From NCBI GenBank assembly GCA_001179505.1, contig CDMY01000240.1:1-64000 (forward strand): a DNA stretch of 64,000 bases, in the 5' to 3' direction. This document shows positions 21,601-33,744 of the stretch, piece by piece. Below the pieces are notes generated by a model. The model was given only the letters and a program-made list of their open reading frames with translations. It made no database searches and was not told the DNA's origin. The DNA comes from Vitrella brassicaformis CCMP3155 (lineage: Eukaryota > Protista > Chromerida). A program made the translations under genes and the position numbers. Within the stretch, counting starts at the first letter, position 1, and the number at the start of each line of letters is the position of its first letter.

Positions 21601-22370
21601 CTAGAGACAATACGCTGGAAGGTGGAAATGGTAATGACACCATCGTCAGCGGTGGCGGAGATGACAGTAAGCGACCGAATAGAGAGAGAGAAAAGAGCTT
21701 TTCTTAGTCTATTGCCTTCATTCGTGTGTATTGCGTGTGTGTGTGTTTTTGAGTTAGTTCTGCTCGGAATGCAAGGAGCGGACATGTTGTAGGCAACACA
21801 AGATACTGAAGAGTTGCATGTTCATCCATTGTGAGCTCATGTCTGATACAGTGTGATTTCCAACAAGGCGGCCACGTATCCATCCCCGTGTTTGACACAC
21901 TTGACGATGGCAATCAACACGATGTGCTGGACCTGACTAACTTTCTACACATTACCACCATGGCCGACCTCATGACTCGAGTGTCGGAGGGAAGTGTTCG
22001 TATCGTCGTCAACCAAAACGTCTTGGTGACGATACAGAACCTCATGCCTGAGGGCATGCGTGAGGAATATATCGCTTTGCCCGCGCTGCAAAACACTTCG
22101 ACAGGCGAGAACATACATATTGGCTGATCTGCATCTTTTAATTTTTCCTATACATGCAGAGTCACCTGGGTCTTCGACTTCAACCGCGACTGCCTTGACC
22201 AAGAAGGCCTTGGTGGCGTCTTTGGTATTATCGCTGTATGCCTTGTATATGGCGGTATTGTATGGGTCGTAATGCGGAGGAGAGTGAGGAGAAGAAAGCC
22301 AAGAAGTTCGACCTGGAGATCGAGGAGGGCGCTGACAATCATCGTCAGAGAAGGAGGGGAGCGCAAAGTA
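18696..22370 (+). CDS. Secreted/surface adhesin-like protein: signal peptide, Cys-rich domain, 7 FG-GAP-like propeller repeats, Thr/Ser linker, RTX (hemolysin-type) Ca-binding repeats, possible C-terminal TM; 3' end uncertain or frameshifted
   Basis: Exon 1 MLCYIASFAFLGLAT; phase-consistent Cys-rich exons (FGCDFD..GCCPTF, DKPCDY..CTNGC, YCFEYF, VCAERCF); a large exon with seven 56-aa WTQVGADIDGEAA.D.SG.SVAMSSDGSRLAIGA...GHVRVF units; GTSYDDIITGNARDNTLEGGNGNDTIVSGGGDD..GADM (GGxGxD nonapeptides); hydrophobic stretch near 22210-22270. Confidence 0.75.
20019..21176 (+). repeat. Seven tandem 168-bp coding repeats (FG-GAP-like beta-propeller blades)
   Basis: The unit tggactcaagtcggcgccgacatcgatggc...atgtccagtgatggctctcgtttggccatcggt...gtcatgttcgcgtgtttgacctc repeats every 168 nt. 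Confidence 0.95.
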
Positions 22371-23133
22371 CTCACAACAAAAACTTCTTCTTGAACCCTT
22401 CTTCACTAGTGCTTTTCGGGTGTTCGTTTATCTGGATCCGTATGCCTCTAGCTGATTGACATGTGTCCGACTGTCTTTCGATCCCTCCCTGCCAACTTCC
22501 TGGTGTCTGTCCGTCCGTCCGTTTGTCCGTATGTCAGGCTTGCTTGTCAGGAAAGCAGGATTTCGGTCGGTTTGCCTTCTCTCTTGAACGACTGACCCAC
22601 TAATTAATTAATTAATTAATTAATCAATCAATCGTTCATCATTGCAAAGAGGTCCGAGATGAATTAATTGAGATTCATTCACGCCTGTACAAGTGCAATT
22701 GACCGGCAAATCTGGGGATGGGATAGCAAGAGAGAGAGCAAGATAGAGAAGAACGAGCAACAATTGAGTAAAGGACAGAAATCAAGCCGCCAACACTCGA
22801 AGGATCTGCAGTGTCTTCTGTTCGATGAAGGCGTGAGAGAGACAGACAGAGACACAGAGAGAGACAGAGAGACAGGCGCACGGGGCAGGCAGAGACATGC
22901 ACAGGCTTGTCTGCGGGATCCGGTCCTATTGCGCATAGCTGCAGGGACGGCAGATGGTACATTACGCGTTGCGGCTGGCTCGTCTCTTTGTCAGCGCTTA
23001 CTTGCGACTGGCTCACACACTTGAGCAGGACAGGATGTGTGTTTCCACGAATCTGACCGATAGACAATCAATTATCGTGGGGGGCGGGGAGTGTGGGTGA
23101 TGCGAGAAGTATCCTGGTGGTGGCAGGAGGGCT

Positions 23134-23280
23134 GAGACTGTGGCTGTGAGTTGAGAGTGTGCGAGAATGTGACTTGTGAGGTGAGACTTGAGACTGTGTC
23201 TGTGTCTGTGTGTTGGGGCGTGTGTGGGTCAATTGATGACTTGAGCGAGATGTGTCGTCATTTCGTTGCGATGCACTGCT
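23134..23280. repeat. Direct repeat, right copy, flanking the adhesin gene
   Basis: Matches 18492-18602 with an internal expansion. Confidence 0.8.
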
Positions 23281-23531
23281 ATACAATAGAATACACAGAC
23301 CTCATCCATGTCATGTGCCCTAGAAGTCAGGCGTCATCTCATCTCACACGAAGAGCCCAACCAACAGCTGTCTGTACACAAGCAGCAGTCTCGCCGCTAG
23401 ACCAATGTCGACCATTCTTCCTTCCTGATGCTGGCGTAGATCCTGTCTGGCACGATCCGGAAGAACAGAGACCCGTGCCAACCAGGACAGACGACAACCG
23501 AAGGCAGACAGTCGACATGGCTGTGACTGAC

Positions 23532-23647
23532 TCAGGTAAGGTACTTCTTGCCGGCCTGTTTGACTCGTTTGTCGAACCCCGAGGAGTAGATGGGCCGATT
23601 GACCTCATAGAAGGGATTCAGCAACGTCTGCGCACACACGGATACAC

Positions 23648-23678
<31 letters not shown>

Positions 23679-24164
23679 AGAGAGAGATATCAGCACGGGG
23701 GCAGGGTGCATGTGCATGTGTGTGCTGCCTCCCTCTCTGCCTCTCTTCTCTGCCTGGCTGGCTGGCTGGCTGTCTGACCCTGATGTATAGGTCGTGGACC
23801 TCCTGGAAGAAGTTCTTGATGTTGTCCTCGTTGCGGTGCTTGTGCAGCAGCATCAACTTGATGTGCCCCGCCGTTACATAGCCCGACACGAAGAACTCAT
23901 TGAACTTGTCCACCAGCTTCAGATACCTTCACACACCCGAACAACACACAAACACACGATTCATCTGCTGTCTGTCAGCAGACCGCCATATGCTCACATC
24001 TGTTGAGTGTGGAAGACCTGCGCGTCCACCATGTCGAGAGCCGCGTGGAGGATGAACTGGTCAAGGTGCGGGCTGTCGTCCCGCTTGCCCGCCGAGCTCA
24101 GGTCCGCCTCGTACAGCAGCTGGTCGCCCTTGCCCACAATCACAAACACATACACCGTCGCCAT
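23532..24164 (-). CDS. TRAPPC2: TRAPP complex subunit 2 (sedlin/Trs20), 3 exons (24164-23998, 23926-23779, 23627-23532)
   Basis: [22 protein letters not shown]...[15 protein letters not shown]...[46 protein letters not shown]|TLLNPFY..F..RV...GKKYL is a typical sedlin sequence. Confidence 0.93.
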
Positions 24165-24571
24165 CGACAATCAATCTGAGCGGCTGCGGCTCCAAATCTT
24201 CACTCAGAGATGGAATATTGGCTCAGATCATGGGCAGCAAAGGGCCTCTGGCATGTTGACCGCTGCGCATCGACGCCCAGACACTTTCTCTGAGGTCTCA
24301 CAATCACTGCGAGCTCAAATTGTGCGGCGAGTTAAGCTCGCTCAGAGGGGAGGGAGAGAGGGAAGCAGGAGCGGAAGGCGTCCTTCAGCCATAGTCCTCC
24401 TCTTGCACTCGCTTATCAGATCAGCCAAAGATCCACAAGCAACCGCTGCTCCATCGGAATTGTCTTCTGTTGGTCCCTTGCTGTTGTTGCGCCTTCCATT
24501 CCTTAAAGATCTCTCTCTGCAAGTGACTGAGTTCTGCTGCCCCGCTGCCTGTTATGGTCCGTGAGCGCGAA

Positions 24572-26973
24572 ATGGATGCGTCGACGTCGTGCACCGAAGA
24601 TGTGGCAGGGCCGCCAGCCAAGAAGCAGCGCATGGACATGGACTCGCCATCCTCACCTGCACGCCCTTGGGACCCGCTCACGTGGAAGGTGAGATGACAA
24701 CAACACACAACACATCATCTGCCATAGCTCATGGTTTGGTTAAATGTCTTGTGCAGGCGCTGCCCAGCTGCCAGAACCCGTTTGCATCGGTCATGCCGGC
24801 TGCTGTGGCGAGTGTCGAGCGTCAACTGTCGGCGCTGCCCCCCCTGGTGTACCCCACTGAGGTGCAGAAGCTGAGAGGGCTGCTCGAGGAGGTCCACGGG
24901 GGGCAGCGGTTCTTGCTGCAGGGAGGTACGTGAAGAGAAGAATGGGCGGGTGGATGGATGGATGGCATTGATTGTGTTGTTGTGTGCAGGTGACTGTGCT
25001 GAGCGTTTCCTGGACTGCTCTGCGAGTGTGATTGCGGTCAAGCTCAAGATCCTCCTGCAGATGAGCCTCGTCCTCTCGTATGCAGGTGCGTGAGGGTCAC
25101 TATACCATCATATGTGTGTGTGTGTGGTCATGGTGTGTCTGTTCAATGATCCATTCAGGCCGCAAGCCCACAGTGAGGATTGCGCGCATTGCAGGACAGT
25201 ACGGCAAGCCACGGTGAGCACATGAAGGAGGTGCAATCGCACACGCTTTTATGTGTGGGCGGATCAATGGTCAGGTCGTCAGCCATGGAGACCGTCAATG
25301 GCCAGCAGGTGCCCTCATTCAGGGGCGACAACGTCAATGACATGGACCCAAACAACCGCACACCTGACCCGGAGAGGCTCGTCAAAGGTCCGTTAGTCAG
25401 TCAACACACACACACACCCAGACACAGACAGGCACATCAGCCATGTGCCCGTTTGTGTCCTTCAGCGTATTTCCATTCGGCGGCAACGCTCAACTACCTG
25501 CGGGCCCTGCTGACTGGCGGCTTCGCGGACCTCCACGAGTCCAAACACTGGGAACTGGAATACGTCAACAGCAAGGAGCGCAGGCAAGCAATGGCGAGAA
25601 GAGACAGTAATGTGAAGCAGGTGGGGACGCTCTCTCTCTCTCTGTGTGTGCAGGCTCGAGTACGAGGCGTTGGTTGAGAATTTGCTGGACGGGCTGTCCT
25701 TCCTCGACGTGTGTGGGGCCACTGGCGAAGCGGTGAGCGGGGCGGCCTGGTGGCTGGACGGCATGAGGGCATGGCCATGGGGGATGTGTGGTGGTTTCGA
25801 TCAGTCCAAGACGGTCGATCTGTTCACCAGCCACGAGGCCCTCGTACTGCCCTACGAGGCGGCCATGACGCGACGCTTCAACGGACAGGTCAGCCAGCCG
25901 CTTTGCCAACACACACGCAGCACATCCATCCATCCATCCATATTTCTCTCTCTCTGTCTGTGTGTCTGTGTGTCTGTGTGTGCAGTGGTTCAACACAAGC
26001 GCCCACTTGGTGTGGATCGGCGACCGCACGAGACAGCTCGACCACGCACACGTCGAATACTGCCGAGGCATCGAGAATCCCGTGGGCATCAAGGTGGGCC
26101 CCTCAGCCCCGCCCAGCGAGATTGTCGACCTGTGCAAGAGGCTCGACCCGCAGAACCAGCCGGGCAAGCTGGTGCTCATCACGCGGCTGGGGGCCAAGAA
26201 CGTCCAAACACACCTGCCGCCGCTCATCAAGGCTGCCAAAGAGGTCTGTGGGCGTGTCTGTGGGCGGTGGGTGGGCACAGACATGCACATGATCTCTCTC
26301 TCTGCGTATGTGTGTGTGTGGTGTGCAGGCTGGTCTGAATGTCATCTTCCAGTGCGACCCTATGCACGGTATGCATCACGCCGGCCCCCGTGTATGTATT
26401 TATGTGTGTATATGTGTGGCTGTGTGTGTGTGTAGGCAACACTGAGAAGGCCAGCAGCGGCCACAAAACGCGCCGCTTCGACACGGTGCTCGAGGAGCTC
26501 CTCGAGACATTCAAGACACACAAGGTGACTGCACACGGATGGATGGACACAGACAGACAGACAGGCAGACAGACAGACAGACGTGCACACCTGTGCGTGT
26601 TGTGTGTGCAGGCGCACGGCTCGCATCTCGGCGGTGTGCATTTCGAGATGACCGGTCAGTCAGTCAGTCAGTCGGCCTTGAGCGACCATGCCGCGACAGA
26701 GAGGCACATGGATACGTGTCTTTCTGGTTGCAGGTGAGGACGTCACCGAGTGCACCGGTGGGCCCCAGGAGATCGACGACACCGACCTCCACATACGGTT
26801 GGCACATGAGCCCACACACACGTTCACACACACATACACACACTCTTCGCGTGGTGGTGTCTCTGTGTGTCCCTCCCTCCCTCCCTGACAGGTACACGAC
26901 CTACTGCGACCCCCGCCTCAACTACGCCCAAAGCCTCGAGATGGCCTTCAAACTCGCAGCATGCCTCAAGTAA
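24572..26973 (+). CDS. DAHPS: Class II DAHP synthase (3-deoxy-7-phosphoheptulonate synthase), multi-exon
   Basis: Exon motifs LPPLV, FLLQGGDCAERF, RIAGQYGKPR, SFRGDNVN, PDPERL, SAATLNYLRAL, FTSHEALVLPYE, SAHLVWIGDRTRQLDHAHVEY, NPVGIKVG, CDPMHGNT, KTRRFD, GGVHFEMTG, VTECTGG and YTTYCDPRLNYAQSLE. Confidence 0.96.
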
Positions 26974-27339
26974 CCAACACACTGACCCACACACACGCAC
27001 AAGCCAGACAGCTCCACATGGATGTGTGTGTGTGCAGGAGTGACCGGCGGGCGCCCTTCACGAGCAGCGGCAGTGCCCACGACATCGAGGCGCCCCCCAC
27101 CACACACGAGTGAAGCTGAATTAATCTGATGCGTGTGTGGGCTGTGTACAGGTGTGTGCATGACTGCCTTTTTGAACGGACCAATGGGCTTTACTGAGAA
27201 TGAATGAGAGCTGCCTATGCGCAACAGCCAGCCAGCCTGTCTGTCAGTTGGTTTGGTCAACGGCCTTCTCTGTGTGTTCATTCAAGTTAGATTTTTGAAT
27301 CCTGTGTGCAGCCAGAGCTGGCCGCAGTTAATTAAAATT

Positions 27340-28480
27340 CGTCCTGCCGGAGGCTTGGATGGAGTGAACGCGCTTGTTTGTGCGTGCCGCGATTGACTAA
27401 GGTGACAATCAAGATGTCCGATGGTCCGCAAAACAGAGATCGAATAGACAGACAGAGACCGAATAGACAGACAGATCGACAGACGAAGAGACAGGCAGGG
27501 AGGTCATCGGGAGGGAGGGAGGGAGGGCAACACGATATGTGTCGTGCCATCAACGCCCACTTCAATCGGCGCAATGAACAATTGTCAATGCGCCGATTGA
27601 ACGATCGCCATGATACCCACACACACGCACCCGAATGTCTCGCAACACACGTGAACCCATACATCTCCATCCATCCATTCACCCACAACGCACACACACA
27701 CACACAGGGAGAGAGAGAGAGAGAAAAGGCAGCAAAGAAAGGAGAAGAAAAAAAGACGATACAATACAATGATTGCATCCGTGTGTCCGCATGAAAGGAA
27801 TATGCATGTGTGCAGACCAATGCACGGCGTCAAGTGAATGAATTAACAGCTGACACACATTTTCATCGTGTCTGTTCCCGTAGAGTTCGAGAGTCGAGAC
27901 AAAGATGCATTGTGTGTGCACGCATATGCGTTTCTTGTGTATACACAGAACCGCTCAATTTGATGTGTGAGGAGGAGGCCATGGAGGTGTGAAGAGGCCA
28001 TGGGTAATGAACCGAAAGACAAGACGGCAGACAGCAACAGGGGGCTTGACTTGCATTCTGCGTATGTGTTGGCTGCTTGACTGCGTGTGCTTGTTGTAAT
28101 TGTTCGTGCCGGTTGACTAACGAGACAATCGAGATGTATCGCATTTATCATTCCCATGGTCTGCAACGTGGATGTACAGCAATCCATCAACACACGCCAA
28201 CACACAGACATATCGACACACACGAATGCACAGGCAGGCAGGCAGGCAGGCAGGTAGGCAGGGAGGGAGGGAGGGAGGATACGATATGTGTCGTGCCACA
28301 CCCAGTTCAATCCGCACAATGAATGATCGTCAACAAGCCGATTCTACGATGAATCACGTGCATCTCCATCAAGTTATCCACAACGCACACACACAAACAG
28401 AGAGAGAGAAGACAGCAAGGAAGAACACGATACGATACGATACGATACGATGACATGATTTTATGTCTGCAAATGAAAAG
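27340..28480. repeat. Two degenerate tandem units (about 27340-27800 and 28060-28480) with a third copy at about 32980-33260
   Basis: Shared cgtgccg..ttga.taa, (cagg)n(ggga)n, acgatatgtgtcgtgcca..., gcgcaatgaa blocks. No clear coding frame. Confidence 0.6.
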
Positions 28481-28924
28481 CGTCTGTAAGCAACCAAGCG
28501 TAGCTCGACGAATGAACGAAGGGTAGCTAGAACGATGTCAACAGTTGACACATCACGATGCACTCAAAATAAATACATCAAACATCACGCATATCCGTGA
28601 GCCCACACGTCCATATGCCCCTGTTCGATTGCTCGCTCCTTCGATGCCCTCTCCCGCCCACATATACACGAGACTACACGGCACGACACGCAACCCAATA
28701 GACGCTGACCCACTGCACAGCTGGCAGCCTTTCGCGAGGCGATCAGATTGCCGCACGAGGCAACACGGAAAATACCAACACATACAAACAACCACAACGA
28801 TTGCAACACAGAACAAGTACCCACTGCAAGAGCTCACGCCCTGTCCTCATACGTATGCACACACATGCACCCGTTTACACAGCAGCACACCAGGGAAAGA
28901 AGGTCTGTGTGTGTCAGACAGATC

Positions 28925-30017
28925 TCAGTCAAACTCCAATTGGAAGGCCAGGTAGGGCTGATGGTGGTTGGGGAGGGGAGTGCAGACCCCGGCGGCGCAG
29001 CCCTCGCGATTGTAGGTGGCAACGTCGAACTTGAGCTTCAACTTCATATCGTCCAATCCCGGCATCGATAGCCTCTCAACCTTGCCCTGACACACAGAAC
29101 AAACAGCCGTTTGTAATACCGGATGGATCCTGTTTGGCGTCGGTGTGCGGTGTGTGTATACCCACCCGATTCTTGACGAGGTCTTTCAGTATGCACTCGA
29201 GGCAAAACTCGTCCATGAAGTCGTCAAACCAGCCCTCCATTCCCTCATAGATGGTCTCGAGCTGCTCCGTGACCATGTCGATCATGTACTGCAGAGTGAA
29301 GGTGCCGGCGCCCCCCAGGATGTCCTTCACGATCGCCGTGATCCCTTCGGCGTACTCTTTCTCATCAATCACCTCACCTACACAGACACAGACAGAGAGG
29401 GAGAGGGAGAGATACACAAATGCACCAAGGGCGTCCTAATGTGCTGGCTCACCCCAAAACACTTGACCACACTCATAAGGTCCACCAAAGGGGTCTGGCT
29501 CACACCGCGGTCCGTATTCCTCATTTATCTCGCGCTTCTTTTCGTTGCGATTGCTGGAAACGATGTCGTCAAGGCCGGTAGCCTCAGCAATTCCGTCGCG
29601 AACCCTCGAGGCGGCCTGACCGGCTGCCTCCTGCAAGTCACCCACTCCAGCGGGATCTTCTGCAAGCTCTTTGGCTCCTTGAACGGCCCCCGCGACGTCA
29701 CCACGCCGCGCAGCGTCGACGGTGTTCTCAACCCTCTCTCGTTGGTTGTCCACATACTGCTGGCCAGCGTCAGCAACTTGCTGGCCTGCGTTGGAGAGGC
29801 CATCTGCAGCCTTTTTGAATGGGTTCAGCTTGCGGTGCTCGCCGTCGCCCGCACCACCACCTCGTAGGCCAGACGGGGCCTGATGTGACACGACATACAC
29901 GCACAATGTCATGCGGCACACAACGATGTGACAGAGATGCGTCCAGCCGCCAATGCTTACCGAGGACGCAGGCCAGATGGCGATGGCGAGTGCAACCGTC
30001 AGCAGGGCCAGCTTCAT
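28925..30017 (-). CDS. Family D secreted protein, copy 1 (4 exons)
   Basis: MKLALLTVALAIAIWPASS|APSGLRGGGAGDGEHRKL...EKKREINEEYGPRC..ECGQVFWG|EVIDEKEYAEGITAIVKDILGGAGTFTLQY..LVKNR|GKVERL..KFDVATYNREGCAAGVCTPLPNHHQPYLAFQLEFD*, with phase-consistent GT-AG introns. Confidence 0.8.
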
Positions 30018-30663
30018 TGTGACGGCTGAACAAGTGCTTGTCGAGGCTGAGGTAATGAAGAGCGCAAGGGGAGCAATGAAGAGCGGGATAGATGAAGAGG
30101 ACGTAGCCGACGTCGATGACAGATGAGGGCAGACAGATGAGGGCGGCGGATGGAGACAACTCGAGGCGAAGACTCCTCTCGATAGGAGAGAGCCTCGAGA
30201 ATACATCCATCTCTTTTACATCTTTCTCTCCCCTCTCTCCCCGATTCTCTTCAGCTTTACGAATGAACGCTTTAAGCACGGTGTTGTTGAAGCGGAGGGC
30301 TTTCCAGGCCTTCCCAGGGTGTTGCTCCTTACGGATCGATCTCTGTTTTGCTCGGGGAGCCTTGCATCGGGCCGATCTGAGCTGGTACGGACAGCACATG
30401 CAATCTGACACAGATGGCGATGGATGCGAGAGCTCTCGATTCATTTGCCGCTCTGTGTGTTCTTCCCGTTCTTCTCTTCTTCAGGCGCCTTTGAGCGGCT
30501 TCTTCATCATAGGGGAGGGAAGGGAATCTTGGGTATGCTTCGCTCCCGTGGGTGCAGATCTCTTCACACCCTGCTACAGCTCATGACAGCGATGCTACCG
30601 CTTCATTCAGCCACTGTAGCCGTCAGTGGTGGTTGCCATGTGCTGACTGAGTGAGTCGTCACG

Positions 30664-31696
30664 ATGTCTGATTCAGTGCCTGACGAGCTGTGGCTCGGGC
30701 GCATTCTGCCGTCCCTTCTCGTCCATGAGGCGGTCTGTGTCCGAGCGACCTGCCGGGCCAAGGCGGCTCTCGTGACCGCCACTCTGCTGGTGGAGCGCAT
30801 CGACGGCTCCCTCGCCCGCCACTCCCTCACCGGCCTCATCGACATCGACCGCACCGCCCCTCTCCCATTCAGCTATGTGCTGCGGGCGGCCTATGTGCTG
30901 GAGCAGGGCAGCAACGAGTGGCCTTGCGATGGGGCGGTTCATCCGGCTGGCCGCCATCCATCGGCTGACGCCTGCCAATGGGCTGCCCCTGGTGCTGTCG
31001 GCTCAGTGGCTGACAGCCCACCTTCCCAGCAGGACGGCATTCCACCAGCTGCCCTTGGCCATGGCCATCTTTCGGCTGTTCGGCCATATGCTCACACACA
31101 ACACACACAGCCTGGCGCTGCAGCAAGCCGATAATGGGGCCTATCGGATCGGCTATCAGTCGTTCCGTGTGGCGCCGTTGGGTGAGCTGCCGGGCGGCCA
31201 TCGCTATGCTGTGGGCTACAACCGGACCGATCCCGTCATCCCACGGGGAAACGAGCTCTGTCCCTCCTTCTCGGCATTCCTGCTACGCCTGCTGCTCGTC
31301 TTGTGGTCGGATGGAGAGGGGGTGGGCGAGAGGCGGGCGCTGTGGGCCAACATCGGCCGTGGCGACGCTCGCTATGGCCGTCTGCTGCTGACCGACAGCA
31401 TCACAGAGGACCAGGGCATTACTGCCGACTGGCGCAATGACTGGGGCAACCTGGGTGGTCATGCGAGGGACCATCGTCGTGTGATAGTGAGCGATTTCCG
31501 GCCGGGTGAGACCGTGGCTGCCCAGCTGTGGGTGGCGTGAGACGACATCCACCTATGGACGACCGAGCGGCCTGCTGCCCATCGGTCTCAGCCGCTCGCC
31601 GGCCGATTCCCCACTTCAAAGCCCCTGTGGTGTGGTTTGCTGCGGCGATTCGAGCTGGAGAGTGATGTCATCGACAGGGGGAGGGTAATGGGGTGA
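30664..31696 (+). pseudogene. Family A, subtype A2, disrupted (frameshift near 30925, in-frame TGA 31538-31540)
   Basis: Starts MSDSVPDELWLGRILPSLLVHEAVCVRATC; gagtggccttgcgatgggg has one extra base versus gagtggcctgggatg in sibling copies; gtggcgTGAgacgac lies in the C-terminal frame. Confidence 0.8.
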
Positions 31697-31719
31697 GGAG
31701 TGTTGGCTCGTGGTTAGGG

Positions 31720-31882
31720 TGGGGATGGCGGCCTGGAGCTGCGGACGACCGAGCCATCTGCTGCCGATCGGGCTCATTCGCTCGCCGACCGCTATCCTCA
31801 GTTGGTTGGTGCCGCCCGCCGTCTGCTGCGGCGATTCGGTCTCGAGAGTGACCTTATCGACAGGGGGACGGTGGTGGGGTGA
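31720..31882 (+). pseudogene. Second, tandem family A C-terminal tail
   Basis: GDGGLELRTTEPSAADRAHSLADRYPQLVGAARRLLRRFGLESDLIDRGTVVG* directly after the stop of the preceding copy. Confidence 0.8.
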
Positions 31883-31960
31883 GGAGTGACGGCTGGCGCC
31901 TGGTATGGTTGGTGCCTTTAATGAGTTGGGGTGTGTCTGTGTCTGTGTGTGTCCGGTGAC

Positions 31961-32045
31961 TGACGCATTGACTGACGTGAGTACTCCGTAGGCTAGCGAG
32001 ACTGACGATGACAAATGTCCCTTAATCTCCGTCTTTATGTACACA
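31961..32045 (+). repeat. Conserved element downstream of family A genes (also 37011-37090, 52478-52565, 59637-59713 inverted, 63334-63420)
   Basis: tgacgca...acgtgagt(a/g)ctccgta..(c/t)tagcgagactga.gatgacaaatttcccttaa.ctccgt.tttatgtacac recurs about 60-130 nt after the last family A stop codon. Confidence 0.8.
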
Positions 32046-33341
32046 GGGCACACACAAAGACAGAGACAGACAGACAGACGGACAGGCGTGTGTCCCATAC
32101 GCACGGCTAATAAAAGTCCCCCCTCCTCTCTCCCGCCCCTCCAGCTGTCGTCACTCGCGGGACAAAATTGCTGGGAGGGATCAGATCAATCGCAGCAAAG
32201 CCAAGGTGAGACACAGCAGCACTCAAGACCAATCACAACACTTGGCCCCATAGCAGAACAGACGAACAGACGCCGCCAACGAGCAATCAGACAGGCTCAA
32301 ATGTGAGTAGGGTGTGTGTATGTGTCTGAGACACACACACACACACACACACATACACATACACACACAGAAAGAGAGAGAGACGGAAACTGTGGAGTGC
32401 ATGGGCTATGGTGTTTTCGAGTGTGATGCCTGGCGTGACTTGCACACGCTCACACGTGCGCCTCGCCTGACTGTATATGTGCGTAACAAACAAACATCGG
32501 GTCTTTCAGATCGTATATGCCGGCCTATCTCTCCCCGTCTGTCTGTCTGTCTGTCTGTCCGTTGTGTTGGTGTTTGCAATGGCAAATGGCGGCAAGTGTC
32601 ACGGTGGCTCTCTCTCAGTCGACCGACCGGTGGGCCGGCCAAGAGAGGAGTGAGTATATGGATGCACACTGCTACACTGTACTGGTGGTCGGTCTGCCGG
32701 TCGGTCACGGCAGACAAGAAGGGGCCATAGATGGGATAAACCGACGGACAAGAAGGCAGACAGGGAGAGGGAGAGAGAGAGAGAGAGAGATGGGCAAACC
32801 AGCCGCAGGATGTGTCAACAGAGGTAAGCCATCCATCCATCCATGCGTGAGCCAGCCAGCCCTGGACAAACAAAGAGGAGACAGCACGTCTGTGCACACA
32901 CCACGCACCCACCGACCACCCCCACCCGCACCACCGCTCCACCCACGCATGCGATCGCTATGCACATATGATTGATGTCTGCATGTGTACCAGAATTAAT
33001 GGCCTGGCTCCCTTGCTTGCTTGTGCGTGCCGATTGAGTAACGAGACATTCAATCGAAGTGAATCCCATTTATCATTCCCATGGTCTGCAGCGTGGATGT
33101 ACAGCAATCCATCAACACACGCCAACACACAGATAGGTCGACACACGAACACACAGGCAGGGAGGTGACATGCATGACACGTATTGTGCCATGGTGATGT
33201 CAATGAGACAGAGCGGCCAGTCCAACAGGCGCAATGAACTATCGTCATGTGGCCTATGAAGTCATGTCTGTATCAGAATACATACACCCACCCATACCCA
33301 CGAACCCTCCATCCACCCACAATACACTCACACGCACGCAG

Positions 33342-33372
<31 letters not shown>

Positions 33373-33744
33373 GCACGTCAGTGTTAAGTAGGTTACATTA
33401 TATCTCGACAAATAAGCAAAAAGTTGAGAGGGTGTCAACAGACACATCACGATGCACTCAAAATACATCAAACATCACGCACTATTTGTGAGCCCACACG
33501 TCCACCTGCCCCTGTTCGATTGCTCGCTCCTTTGATGCCCTCTCCCGCCCACACACACACGAGACGACACGACGCAACAGACATTTACCCACTGCACAGC
33601 TGGCAGCCTTTCGCGAGGCGATCAGATAGCCTCACGAGGCAATACAGGAACACCCAACACACGCAACATACAACGACAATTGCAACACAGAACAAGTACC
33701 CACTGCAAGAGCTCACGCCCCTGTCCTCATGCGTACACAAACAC

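Noticed and set aside
22601-22632. Self-complementary (TAAT)n run in GC-rich DNA
   Set aside because: A simple microsatellite of about 30 nt with no associated feature.
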